Of a DNA stretch of 64,000 bases, positions 9,836 through 17,966 are shown one piece after another. The notes below the pieces were generated by a model that made no database searches, was not told the origin of the DNA, and was given only the letters and a program-made list of their open reading frames with translations. The position numbers and the translations under genes are program-made. The stretch's first letter is position 1; every line of letters starts with the position of its first letter. The DNA comes from an uncultured virus (IMG/VR IMGVR_UViG_3300048905_000045) (Duplodnaviria > Heunggongvirae > Uroviricota > Caudoviricetes). The stretch is from IMG/VR virus record IMGVR_UViG_3300048905_000045; one strand, given 5' to 3'.

Positions 9836-10303
9836 TCAGTTCGGGGAATACGGGTTGCGGACCTTGCGGGAGGTGCCGCGGATACGGTTCAGGAACCGGT
9901 CGAGGTTGGCGCGCAGTTCCTGTTCCGACGCTTCCTTCGCGGCCGGGCCCTTGGAGCAGGGGTGGCAGGTCAGCTTGTCCTCGCCCTGACGGCGCCGGGT
10001 GCCCGGCAGTGCGTCCTCCGGGCACCGGTAGGGCCGGGTACTGCACCCGCACCCCGGGCAGGTGAGCACGGCGTACGCCGGGTCCTCCGGGTGGCGTTCG
10101 GACATCATCGCGTACCAGCACCCGCGGCACCGGTTCTCGCTGTACTCCATCATCGTCCCGGGGAACTGCCGCACGGTGCGCCGGTAGGGGCGCAGGCTCC
10201 GCCCGCATCCGCCGTGACACGGGTACGGGCCGCGGTCCTTGGGTTTGGCGCGGCGCTCCTCCATCACGGCGAGGGTGCCTTCGGAGAGCAGGTCGCCGCT
10301 CAT
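9836..10303 (-). CDS. Protein with two Cys4 zinc-finger repeats
   Basis: CHGGCGR..RPYR...CRGC and CPGCG..RPYR...CHPC. Confidence 0.75.
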   Translation of the reverse strand: MSGDLLSEGTLAVMEERRAKPKDRGPYPCHGGCGRSLRPYRRTVRQFPGTMMEYSENRCRGCWYAMMSERHPEDPAYAVLTCPGCGCSTRPYRCPEDALPGTRRRQGEDKLTCHPCSKGPAAKEASEQELRANLDRFLNRIRGTSRKVRNPYSPN

Positions 10304-10578
10304 TCCCCTGCCCCCGTTGCGGTGATCGCGGCACGGATGCGAGATGCGATCTGCGCCTTGTAGGCGTCATGCTCCGGGTCGCTCCCGATGTGGAACGAAT
10401 GCTGGATGACTCGCGGGTCGTGGAGGCTCAACGCAACCTTTGCCACCCGGTCGAGTCGCGCCTGCTGTTCCCGCACCATGGCGAGGAGGTAGTCGCGGTC
10501 TTCCCGCAACTCGTGAGCCCATGTGTACGTGGGCTCCTTGGCGCGGGCTTCGATGGCGGCGAGCTGGTCAGCGCTCAC
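10300..10578 (-). CDS. Hypothetical protein
   Basis: GTGA overlap; 'LAAIEARA...LLAMVRE'. Confidence 0.65.
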   Translation of the reverse strand: MSADQLAAIEARAKEPTYTWAHELREDRDYLLAMVREQQARLDRVAKVALSLHDPRVIQHSFHIGSDPEHDAYKAQIASRIRAAITATGAGE

Positions 10579-10910
10579 CGCGACAGCGCCCGATGCGGCA
10601 GGAGCCCGTCGGTGTCCACCCCGCGGGCCCGCCGTTTGGCCATGAACGCGTCGAGGCCCTTCAGCGTGTAGGCCAGCCGGTCCTCGGCGACGTTGGGCTT
10701 CTGGGTCAGTTCGCCGTCCTTGCGCCGGGCGTGGTTCAGGCACAACTGGCAGGTTGTTTCGTTGCCGCGCACGACCGTGTTGGGGAAGTCGGCGACCTTC
10801 ATCCGCCCGGTCCGGGTCCAGCGCCCGCACGGCCCGGCGCAGAGCCGGGTCTGGGGGTGGTTCTTCACTTCGTCGCTGACCGGGGAGTCAGCGGTCACTA
10901 CCTGATACAC
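10575..10910 (-). CDS. Cys4 zinc-finger protein, paralogue of 9836..10303
   Basis: CAGPCGR...FPNT...CQLC. Confidence 0.75.
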   Translation of the reverse strand: MYQVVTADSPVSDEVKNHPQTRLCAGPCGRWTRTGRMKVADFPNTVVRGNETTCQLCLNHARRKDGELTQKPNVAEDRLAYTLKGLDAFMAKRRARGVDTDGLLPHRALSR

Positions 10911-10939
10911 AGGGGTTCCTTTCGCAGATGGCAGGGGAA

Positions 10940-10964
10940 GGGGGCCCCGGCGTGCGGGGCCCCC
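10940..10964 (-). terminator. GC hairpin, possible terminator
   Basis: GGGGGCCCCG-5nt-CGGGGCCCCC next to palindrome 10969. Confidence 0.5.
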
Positions 10965-10988
10965 AAGGTGACGACCGGTCGTCAGGGT

Positions 10989-11183
10989 CTAAAACGGATC
11001 ACCGGCGAGGAGCCGTTGCAGGCCCTCGGCGGTCAGGCCCGGGATGTCGAGGGAGAACCCGTACCGGAACTGGATGTGCAGGTGGTCGGTGGTGACAATG
11101 TCGCCCTTGGGGACCTCGTAGGCGAACGCGATTTCCTCCCCGTTAATAAGGGCGCCGTTGAAGACGATGGTCGGTAAAGCCAT
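10989..11183 (-). CDS. Hypothetical protein
   Basis: ORF fills the operon. Confidence 0.65.
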   Translation of the reverse strand: MALPTIVFNGALINGEEIAFAYEVPKGDIVTTDHLHIQFRYGFSLDIPGLTAEGLQRLLAGDPF

Positions 11184-11190
11184 GGCGTGC

Positions 11191-11427
11191 TCATTTCTCT
11201 TGGTGGTGGTAGCCGATGTTTCTCAGGTCCGCGACGAGATTCCTGTACGCGCGGTGGTCGGAGCTGGTGAAGTGCGCCCCGGCCGTGTTGCCGTTCTCGC
11301 CGTAGAACACGATCCCGGATTTGGTCATCCGATACCGGACCTCGTTCTTGATCGCGGCGGCGATGATCCTGCGCATATCCCGGTTGGAAATGCCGCGCAG
11401 TCTCCTGACGTCACTACCGGTGCTCAT
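11191..11427 (-). CDS. HicA-like small protein
   Basis: Size and 'HFTSSDHRAYRNLVADLRNIG' resemble actinophage HicA-like proteins; the usual G-S-H histidine is not evident. Confidence 0.5.
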   Translation of the reverse strand: MSTGSDVRRLRGISNRDMRRIIAAAIKNEVRYRMTKSGIVFYGENGNTAGAHFTSSDHRAYRNLVADLRNIGYHHQEK

Positions 11428-11737
11428 TGGGGCGGCCCAGCAGTTCGTTGTTGCGCCGCTCCCCGTAGTGCGGGAAGCACAGGTAGGCCGTCTCCGTCCC
11501 GTGGGTGCGGATGTAGGTTGCCTGTCTGATCTGGCCCTGCGTCTTGATGTGCTCGGTGACGCAGTCGATGCAGGACGCCTTGACGGGGGAGCGGTAGCGC
11601 ACGTACCGGACCCCGGCGTCCTTCTCTTGCTCGGCCATCGACCGGCCCCGGGGCTTCTTCTCCTCGGGCTGGTCAAAGCCGGGCAGGACAATATCTGTCC
11701 ATTCTTGCGGTGTCGTTTTCTTGGGAAGCAGGCTCAC
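11414..11737 (-). CDS. Hypothetical protein with CxxC and CxxH
   Basis: CIDC...LCFPH. Confidence 0.7.
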   Translation of the reverse strand: MSLLPKKTTPQEWTDIVLPGFDQPEEKKPRGRSMAEQEKDAGVRYVRYRSPVKASCIDCVTEHIKTQGQIRQATYIRTHGTETAYLCFPHYGERRNNELLGRPNEHR

Positions 11738-12840
11738 GAGTCAGCGGGTTCCTTCGTCGTCGGGGCGGACAGCAGTTCCTCGGCGGTCTGTTTCTTCGCG
11801 GCACGCTTGGGCTTGGGCTTCGGCTCCGTCACGGGGGTGATCGAGAGCTTGAAGTACCCGGCGCGCTTGGATGCTGGCATCTCCACCGGGTTGACCCACG
11901 TGTTGCGGATCATGTGCTGGCCGGTGGACCCGGCGACCCCGGCGAGCGCCGTCTTGTAGCCCTTCTCCAGCGCCTTCGCCCGGTCCATCAGGACCTTGCG
12001 CTCCTCGAACATCTCTACGGCGGTGAACACGGCGGGGTCCTCCAGCAACCCCTCCACGTCGGTGTCGTTGCCGCGGCACACGGTGGCGTACTCGCACCAG
12101 TTCCAGCAGAACTCGCGCGGCATGTCCCGGGAGGCGTCCTCGTTGTGGGCGACGGCGTACTTGACGTCGTTGATCCACTCGTCGATTTCGGCCACGACGT
12201 CGGGGTCGTAGAACTCCCCGATGCACCACGTCTCCTGCGACTGCGCGGAGCGGTCGAAGAACACGTCGGCGATGAAGATCGGCTTGGTCGGGTCAAGGTG
12301 CCCGGCGTCGATCATCATGGAGGCGTACTGGGTGAGCTGGAACTTCTGCTGAAGGGTCTGCCCGTTGCGTTTGATGGCCTCCATTTCGGCCTTCGACTTC
12401 AGGTCCCACACGCCCTGCATGAACAGGGCCGGGCCGTCGTAGTCGGCATCTTCGAGGGAGGCCAGGATTTCCTCGACGGACGCCCCGGCGCTGGCCGGGA
12501 TGACGATGTCGGGGTGGCCGGGCAGTTCCCCGCCGGAGGGGATGCGGAACACCCCGTCGGACTGGAAGAACCAGTCCGGGTGTTCCTTCTGAAGCTGGTC
12601 CTCGACGGCCTTGCCGAGCACGGTGCCCATGAACGCGGCGGTCTTGTCGCGGACGTCGGAGAACGGGGTCTGCTTGGTGAGCAGGGCCGCGTAGTTTCGG
12701 CAGTGCCCGATGTTCGAGGACCCGAGCCGGAAGTCCTGCTGTTGCTGGGAGCGGGCGGTGGAGTTGGACGCGTTCTGGATGGCGTTGTGGACGGCGTCGG
12801 CGGCGGCCATTTCCAGCGCGTTCATTTGTTTCTCTGGCAT
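11734..12840 (-). CDS. Cas4-like PD-(D/E)xK exonuclease
   Basis: GHC; GHPD; WDLKS; QLTQY; C-terminal CWNWCEYATVC cysteines. Confidence 0.8.
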   Translation of the reverse strand: MPEKQMNALEMAAADAVHNAIQNASNSTARSQQQQDFRLGSSNIGHCRNYAALLTKQTPFSDVRDKTAAFMGTVLGKAVEDQLQKEHPDWFFQSDGVFRIPSGGELPGHPDIVIPASAGASVEEILASLEDADYDGPALFMQGVWDLKSKAEMEAIKRNGQTLQQKFQLTQYASMMIDAGHLDPTKPIFIADVFFDRSAQSQETWCIGEFYDPDVVAEIDEWINDVKYAVAHNEDASRDMPREFCWNWCEYATVCRGNDTDVEGLLEDPAVFTAVEMFEERKVLMDRAKALEKGYKTALAGVAGSTGQHMIRNTWVNPVEMPASKRAGYFKLSITPVTEPKPKPKRAAKKQTAEELLSAPTTKEPADS

Positions 12841-12870
12841 GTGCGGTTCTTTCTGCTGGTGGTAGGTGAA

Positions 12871-13176
12871 TCCGGTATGGCCCGCAGGGGAGGTCGTTGC
12901 GGTTCTCGCTTCGAGTGCGCTCTCTCCCCTTCACTCCCGGATCGGCGGGATGCCGGGGGAAGCGGGCGGTGTTGACGGGCCATACCGAAAATTGTGGGGG
13001 TGGGGTGTGACATCCCCGGAGGAGCATGGTGCGCAGGTCCCACCGGCACCAGTTGGAGAGGTCGCCGTTCCTGTTACGAGCAGGTGGGTTGCAGGTCCTT
13101 CATTCCAGTACCCGGGTGTATGAGGTCCGGGGTGGTGATGTTGACGCGCCATGCTCCTGCGGGGACGCCACACCCC
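12871..13176 (-). ncRNA. Two tandem structured non-coding elements (candidate RNA or ssDNA motifs)
   Basis: Closing stems 12871-12884/12976-12989 and 13002-13033/13145-13176, with shared internal motifs. Confidence 0.55.
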
Positions 13177-13201
13177 GGAGGGGGTGACGACCGGTCGTCA
13201 G

Positions 13202-14200
13202 TTACATGTTCTCGTAGGCCATGCCCTCGGACTTGCCGCCGTCGCCGCCGTAGTCCGGGTCCATTTCCACCGGGTCGCCCGAACGCGTCACGGTCTGACG
13301 GGGGTCCATCTCCAGCACCGCGGCCTGCCCCGGGTCCTCGGCCAGCATCGCGGCGAAGTCCACCCCGTTGCCGGCCGATTCAAGCGGGCGCGGTCCGCCG
13401 TTCGCGGCGTCCACCTTGGCACGGGCACTCATGGCCTGATTGAGCAGGGCCACGTTCGCGTCGCGCTGTTCCTGCGTCATCCCCTCGGGCAGGGGCCGGG
13501 CGGCGAACTGGTCCCCGGCCTGACCGTGCACGATGTTCTGAAGCGCGGCGACCTCCTGCTCGCCGGTCGTCGGCGCCGACGCCGGGTTGACCAGCTTCAC
13601 GTGCCCGGGCCACAGCATCCCGCGCTGGTTCGGCTCGAACACGTTCCTCACCACGTCCTCGGTGGAGCCGTCGTTGTAGAGGCTCAGGCCGAACTGGGTG
13701 CCGAGGTAGATCGCAGCCCGCTTCAGCGCATCGGATTCGGCGGTCTTGATCGAGAAGTCCGTCACGTCGCCGAGGTCCGGCCCGGTCTGGGAGCACGCGG
13801 CCCATTCGGTGTAGACGGCACCGAGCTGGTGGATGGTGAGCTTGACCCGGACACGGGTGGTGACGCGGAAGTTCGCGGACCCGAACACCTGCTTGCCGTC
13901 GGGGGCGTACTCAATCGGCAGGACAACCTTCTTGCCGTTGACCCAGTCGGTCTTGGGGACGTTGTCCTCGATGCGGACGATTTCACACTTGTCGGCTTCG
14001 GCGCTGAATCCGCCGAAGCCGAAGACCTTGATGAGCGTGGCCTTCACGTCCCACGTTTCAAGGTAGGACAGGGAGGTGCGGCCCTTCTTCAGTTCGGCGA
14101 CGCGGGCCTTGCGCAGGTCGCCCATCAGGGCGCTGAGCTGGTCGAAAGTCAGGGGCCGGAGTTCGTGCCCGGGGGCGGTGGTTTCTGCGGTGGTAGTCAT
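13202..14200 (-). CDS. Rad52/Rad22-family single-strand annealing protein (Sak-like)
   Basis: 'LSYLETWDVKATLIKVFGFGGFS' and 'KTAESDALKRAAIYLGTQFGLSLY'. Confidence 0.9.
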   Translation of the reverse strand: MTTTAETTAPGHELRPLTFDQLSALMGDLRKARVAELKKGRTSLSYLETWDVKATLIKVFGFGGFSAEADKCEIVRIEDNVPKTDWVNGKKVVLPIEYAPDGKQVFGSANFRVTTRVRVKLTIHQLGAVYTEWAACSQTGPDLGDVTDFSIKTAESDALKRAAIYLGTQFGLSLYNDGSTEDVVRNVFEPNQRGMLWPGHVKLVNPASAPTTGEQEVAALQNIVHGQAGDQFAARPLPEGMTQEQRDANVALLNQAMSARAKVDAANGGPRPLESAGNGVDFAAMLAEDPGQAAVLEMDPRQTVTRSGDPVEMDPDYGGDGGKSEGMAYENM

Positions 14201-14206
14201 AGGAGC

Positions 14207-14235
14207 ATTATCTCATTTCCGTAAACGAAAACCAA
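14207..14235 (-). promoter_or_regulatory. Possible leaderless promoter for the Rad52-like gene
   Basis: Minus strand TTGGTT-17-GATAAT ending 6 nt before ATG; no RBS. Confidence 0.45.
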
Positions 14236-14300
14236 AGACATTGTCTGTCCATGGCGTGTCTCTGGGCGGACCCGTGGAAGCCTCTCTAAGGTCCTCCAAA

Positions 14301-14332
14301 GGTGCGGGTGGGACAATCACCCCACCCGCACC
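14301..14332 (-). terminator. Intrinsic terminator
   Basis: 12-bp perfect stem GGTGCGGGTGGG/CCCACCCGCACC followed by TTT on the minus strand. Confidence 0.75.
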
Positions 14333-14351
14333 CCGTTAGGCCCGGAGGCGC

Positions 14352-14552
14352 TTAATCAGCCAGCGCCAGCGTGGCCACATCCCCGCTGGCCAGCAGGAAC
14401 TTTTCCCGGTTGAACCCGGAGGCCGTCGTCTCGATGGCGTCAGCCGTGACGTGGACCATCGCGGACCACGTCGGGTACTGGACCGAGTTGACCGGCGGGC
14501 GCTGGTCGAGGAACTTCGCGGCGAGCTTGATGTAGAACCGGCGGGACAGCAT
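14352..14552 (-). CDS. Hypothetical protein
   Basis: 'GFNREKFLLAS' motif; TGATG coupling. Confidence 0.75.
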   Translation of the reverse strand: MLSRRFYIKLAAKFLDQRPPVNSVQYPTWSAMVHVTADAIETTASGFNREKFLLASGDVATLALAD

Positions 14553-15034
14553 CAGTTGCTCCCGGTGGAGCCGAAGCCGCCGTCGCCGCGCGCCGATTCT
14601 GCCAGCGCCGCCCCCTCGTCGGTGATGTCGTGGAACTCCACCCGCGACACCGGCTGGACGACAAGCTGGGCGATGCGCTCGCCGTGGGCGATGTCCGCGT
14701 CCACCTTGCCGGTGTTCAGCAACAGCACCTTGACCTCACCCCGGTAGCCGGAGTCGATGACGCCGCCGAGAACGTCGATGCCGTGACGTACCGCGAGGCC
14801 GGAGCGCGGCTTGATGTAGCCGACGTAGCCCTCGGGGATGTGGACGGACAGTCCGGTGCCGAACCCTGACCGGTCGCCCGGGGCGAGGATGGTCTTGGCG
14901 GACGTGCTGTAGAGGTCGTAGCCCGCGTCCCATTCGTGGGCCTGCGTCGGCAGTACGGCGGCCGGGTCAAGCCTGACGACCTCGATGCTGACCGGGCGGA
15001 CGTCCCGGCCCACGTTGATGTACCTAGTTCCCAT
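14552..15034 (-). CDS. dut: Trimeric dUTPase
   Basis: Motifs AGYDL, PRSGLA, GVIDSGYRGE, RIAQL, RGDGGFGSTG. Confidence 0.97.
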   Translation of the reverse strand: MGTRYINVGRDVRPVSIEVVRLDPAAVLPTQAHEWDAGYDLYSTSAKTILAPGDRSGFGTGLSVHIPEGYVGYIKPRSGLAVRHGIDVLGGVIDSGYRGEVKVLLLNTGKVDADIAHGERIAQLVVQPVSRVEFHDITDEGAALAESARGDGGFGSTGSN

Positions 15035-15099
15035 GCTGATTCACTTTCTTTGCTGATGTTGGTAGCCGAACAGTAACGGCGCAGACGGACCATCCGAAG

Positions 15100-15297
15100 T
15101 TACAGGATGACGCCCGTCTGCACCGCGTTCCATGTGACGCCGAGGGACCGCAGTGCCTCGATGCCAGAGGGATTCAGGAAAGCAAGCTCGATGGCTTCCC
15201 CGATTTCCAAATCCCCGCCGTCGATAAACGGATCGTGTGCCGCACCGATGGCGATGACCGACGCAACGTCCACGTCGTCAGGGATTCTGATTTCCAA
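15100..15297 (-). CDS. Hypothetical protein (start uncertain)
   Basis: Acidic ORF filling the gap after the HNH gene; TTG start. Confidence 0.5.
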   Translation of the reverse strand: MEIRIPDDVDVASVIAIGAAHDPFIDGGDLEIGEAIELAFLNPSGIEALRSLGVTWNAVQTGVIL

Positions 15298-15298
15298 A

Positions 15299-15640
15299 CT
15301 AAGACCTAAGCCCACTGGAAGACCTCTCACTATTCTCGATGAGCTGGACGCTCCCGTCGTTATCGAAGGTCGCCCACCCCATGAACGTCCTGATAGGTAC
15401 AGCCGACGGGTCGTCCACGCTGATAGGAATAATGTAACCGTCCGTCTTCGCTTTCGACGGATTGGCGTGCGCCCACTTATGGCATGTGCCACACAGGTAA
15501 ACGAGGTTCCCGGCGCCGTGGCCTCCTTCCCGGCGCCGTTGTCGATGGTGATGCTGGCTTCCGCGGGCCCCGCACCGGGAGCACTGGTCGTTACTGCGCT
15601 CCCGGACGAGGTTCCGCGTTCTGGTAGGGATGTCAGACAT
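15299..15640 (-). CDS. HNH endonuclease
   Basis: CSRCG...HHRQRRREGG...NLVYLCGTCHKWAH; visibly lower GC. Confidence 0.9.
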   Translation of the reverse strand: MSDIPTRTRNLVRERSNDQCSRCGARGSQHHHRQRRREGGHGAGNLVYLCGTCHKWAHANPSKAKTDGYIIPISVDDPSAVPIRTFMGWATFDNDGSVQLIENSERSSSGLRS

Positions 15641-15652
15641 GACGACCGGTCG

Positions 15653-15832
15653 TCATGCCGTCCAGTATTCCGTCACGGGCGGGCCGCTGTAGCCCTCCCA
15701 GATCGGGTACCGGGTGACGTGGTTGGCCAACTGCTCCTCGATGATGCCGCGGATTTGCGCCAGCGCATCGGCAAGAACCGTCGGGTCCTCCTCGTCGATG
15801 TCCACCGTCACGTGGATGACGTGGCGGCTCAC
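15653..15832 (-). CDS. 59-aa hypothetical protein (not in the ORF track)
   Basis: GGAGG RBS; MSRHVIHVTVDIDEED...; stop is the palindrome TGA. Confidence 0.7.
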   Translation of the reverse strand: MSRHVIHVTVDIDEEDPTVLADALAQIRGIIEEQLANHVTRYPIWEGYSGPPVTEYWTA

Positions 15833-16044
15833 GGCAGTGCCTCCTCGATTTCCCTGAATCGTGCCTTGATCTTCTCCAGCGCCAGCTTCCCGGCGTCGGT
15901 CAGCCCGTCCCGCTGGCCGTGCCAGCCATACAGGAAGAACGCGCGCTGGCCGGTCGTCTCGTTGACCAGTCCCTCCAGCTCGGTCAGGAGCGGCAGGGCC
16001 TCGGTCGCGGGCCAGTATTCCTCCGGCTCACCCTGCGACGTCAC
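15829..16044 (-). CDS. Hypothetical protein
   Basis: GTGA overlaps. Confidence 0.65.
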   Translation of the reverse strand: MTSQGEPEEYWPATEALPLLTELEGLVNETTGQRAFFLYGWHGQRDGLTDAGKLALEKIKARFREIEEALP

Positions 16045-16511
16045 GGCAATGCCGCCAAGAACGCCCGGATCGCTTCGAGCCGCGTCGGGGCGATGCCGGA
16101 CTTGCGCATCGCCTCCAGCACCGTCGCGTCGGGAAGCTCCCGCACATGCCGGTCCGGCTTGTTCCGCGGCCGGTACGGGGATTCCTCCCGCCCGTTCACA
16201 TACTCGGGCAGGACGTAAATCTCGTGCCGCTTCCGCCGCATCTTGACCCGGGTGATCTTCCCGGCCCGGTGCAGGTGGGACAGCGCGCTGGACGACATGC
16301 CCTCGCCGATCCCCCACCGGTCGGTCAGTTCCGCGCTGGTCACACCCTCGGCACCCACATCGGAGAGCAGGTTGTAGGTGGCCTGCTGGACCCGGGAGGT
16401 GATGCCGCTGGCGTCGTTGCGTTCCTGCCGTTCCTTGGACGTGTCACTGCCCTTGGCATGGCCACTACCCATTCCCGGGTACGGGACCATCGTCGGTTCA
16501 GTCGTCGCCAT
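16041..16511 (-). CDS. Winged-HTH DNA-binding protein
   Basis: 'GVTSAELTDRWGIGEGMSSSALSHLHRAGKITR'. Confidence 0.75.
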   Translation of the reverse strand: MATTEPTMVPYPGMGSGHAKGSDTSKERQERNDASGITSRVQQATYNLLSDVGAEGVTSAELTDRWGIGEGMSSSALSHLHRAGKITRVKMRRKRHEIYVLPEYVNGREESPYRPRNKPDRHVRELPDATVLEAMRKSGIAPTRLEAIRAFLAALP

Positions 16512-16761
16512 AGTGCACTGCCTCCTTCTTCATTTCCTTGCGGATTGCCTTGACCCATTCGGTCAGCATCACGGTCAGGTCCACGGACTCCCGCACGACC
16601 CGGTCCCCGTGATAGACGTTGAGCGTCAACACGGGAGGGGCGGAGACGCTGGTATCCAATTCGTAAGTGGACCCGTCCGACGCCTTCCCTGTCATCCACT
16701 CCTCACGGAACGCGCCGATGGTTTCGGTCCGGGTGGTGACGGTGAACTCGCGCTCAGCCAT
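16498..16761 (-). CDS. Hypothetical protein
   Basis: TGATG coupling; MAEREF... Confidence 0.7.
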   Translation of the reverse strand: MAEREFTVTTRTETIGAFREEWMTGKASDGSTYELDTSVSAPPVLTLNVYHGDRVVRESVDLTVMLTEWVKAIRKEMKKEAVHYGDD

Positions 16762-17336
16762 CAGGCGTCCATCGACGGCAGGGCGTCGGGGAGGTCGAAG
16801 TTGGCTTCGAGCGGGATCATCGCGCCGTGCCAGTGCAGGGTATCCACCCAGTCCATGAACGAAGCCCAGCCCGGGAAGGACGCAGAGTCCCCGGTGCCGG
16901 TGGTCCACATCCTCGCCCCGACCCGGAGGATCAGGAACTCGTAGGACTTGCCGCCGGGAGCGAACTGCACGAGCATCCGCCATGCCCGCTGGCCCCTCGG
17001 CGGTGCGGCCGTACGCCGGGCCTTGACCTTCTTGTCCAGCTCCGCGATCCGTTCGGCGAGGTAGCCGAGGTTTTCGTGCGTGGCCTTGTGCTGGCGCTTC
17101 AGGTCAATGAGTTGCTGTTCGAGTGTCTTGGCCATGGGAGCTTCTTTCTGCTTGGTAGGTGTGGGGTACTTGATGCCGCCGCGACGGGCGGTAACGGGAA
17201 CGTAGCCGATGGAGGTGTGGGCGAAGCCGTGCTCGTCGGCAACCATCGGGATGCCGTAGGGCGTGGGCGGGTAGATGTCCCGACCGGACAGGCCGGGATC
17301 GTAGCGGCCGTCGTCGTACTGGTCCGCCATGCTCAT
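16761..17336 (-). CDS. Hypothetical protein; alternative start at 17135
   Basis: Open frame with a start-associated CCTACC..GAAAGAAG sequence before ATG 17135. Confidence 0.65.
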   Translation of the reverse strand: MSMADQYDDGRYDPGLSGRDIYPPTPYGIPMVADEHGFAHTSIGYVPVTARRGGIKYPTPTKQKEAPMAKTLEQQLIDLKRQHKATHENLGYLAERIAELDKKVKARRTAAPPRGQRAWRMLVQFAPGGKSYEFLILRVGARMWTTGTGDSASFPGWASFMDWVDTLHWHGAMIPLEANFDLPDALPSMDA

Positions 17337-17539
17337 CCGATCCCCCTCAGCTTGGCGTCACGTGCCTTCGGGCCCATGGCCTTGATCCGCTTCAGGACAT
17401 CGGCCACCTCGGCCTGCGTGTGTGAGCAAGTGCCTGTCCGGCCGAACTCGATCCCGAACTTTCCGCCGCAAATGACGCACGGATCATTCAGCCCAATGTG
17501 CTTGGAGCGGGCAATCATGTCGCCCGTAATCTCAGCCAC
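17333..17539 (-). CDS. Small Cys/His protein
   Basis: CVICG...CSH. Confidence 0.65.
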   Translation of the reverse strand: MAEITGDMIARSKHIGLNDPCVICGGKFGIEFGRTGTCSHTQAEVADVLKRIKAMGPKARDAKLRGIG

Positions 17540-17915
17540 GGCGCTGAGCCGTCCACGTGTAGGTGAAGTCGATGACGCGCTGGGGCACGTCGGTGGAATC
17601 GCCCTCCTCGTCGGCGGGCCCGACCACCAGCCAGTCACCCACCAGCGGGGAATGGTAGTCGCGGATGCCCATGCCATTATCTTTGGCGAACAGCTCCATC
17701 ACCCGGGCGTTGACCCGGTTCTCGACGTCCTCGTGGAACAGGCCCTCGTCGTCGCCCATCAGGTAGAAGTCAGACCCGCGCATCCCGGTGAAGCACCGGG
17801 AGTCGGGGGCGACCAGATCGTAGAGCTGGTCGTTGTTGCTGTCGCTATTGAGGTCGATCACCTCGACCGGCTTGGACTCATCGAACGGGATGAGCACCGC
17901 TTTGGTGGTAGTCAT
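17532..17915 (-). CDS. Hypothetical protein (DUF3846-like)
   Basis: 'DDEGL...NARV...PLVGDWLVVGPADEEGDSTDVP'. Confidence 0.7.
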   Translation of the reverse strand: MTTTKAVLIPFDESKPVEVIDLNSDSNNDQLYDLVAPDSRCFTGMRGSDFYLMGDDEGLFHEDVENRVNARVMELFAKDNGMGIRDYHSPLVGDWLVVGPADEEGDSTDVPQRVIDFTYTWTAQRRG

Positions 17916-17966
17916 TGCGTTTCTCTTTCTGTCAGGTGACGACCGGTCGTCACTCTTGGTGGTTGG

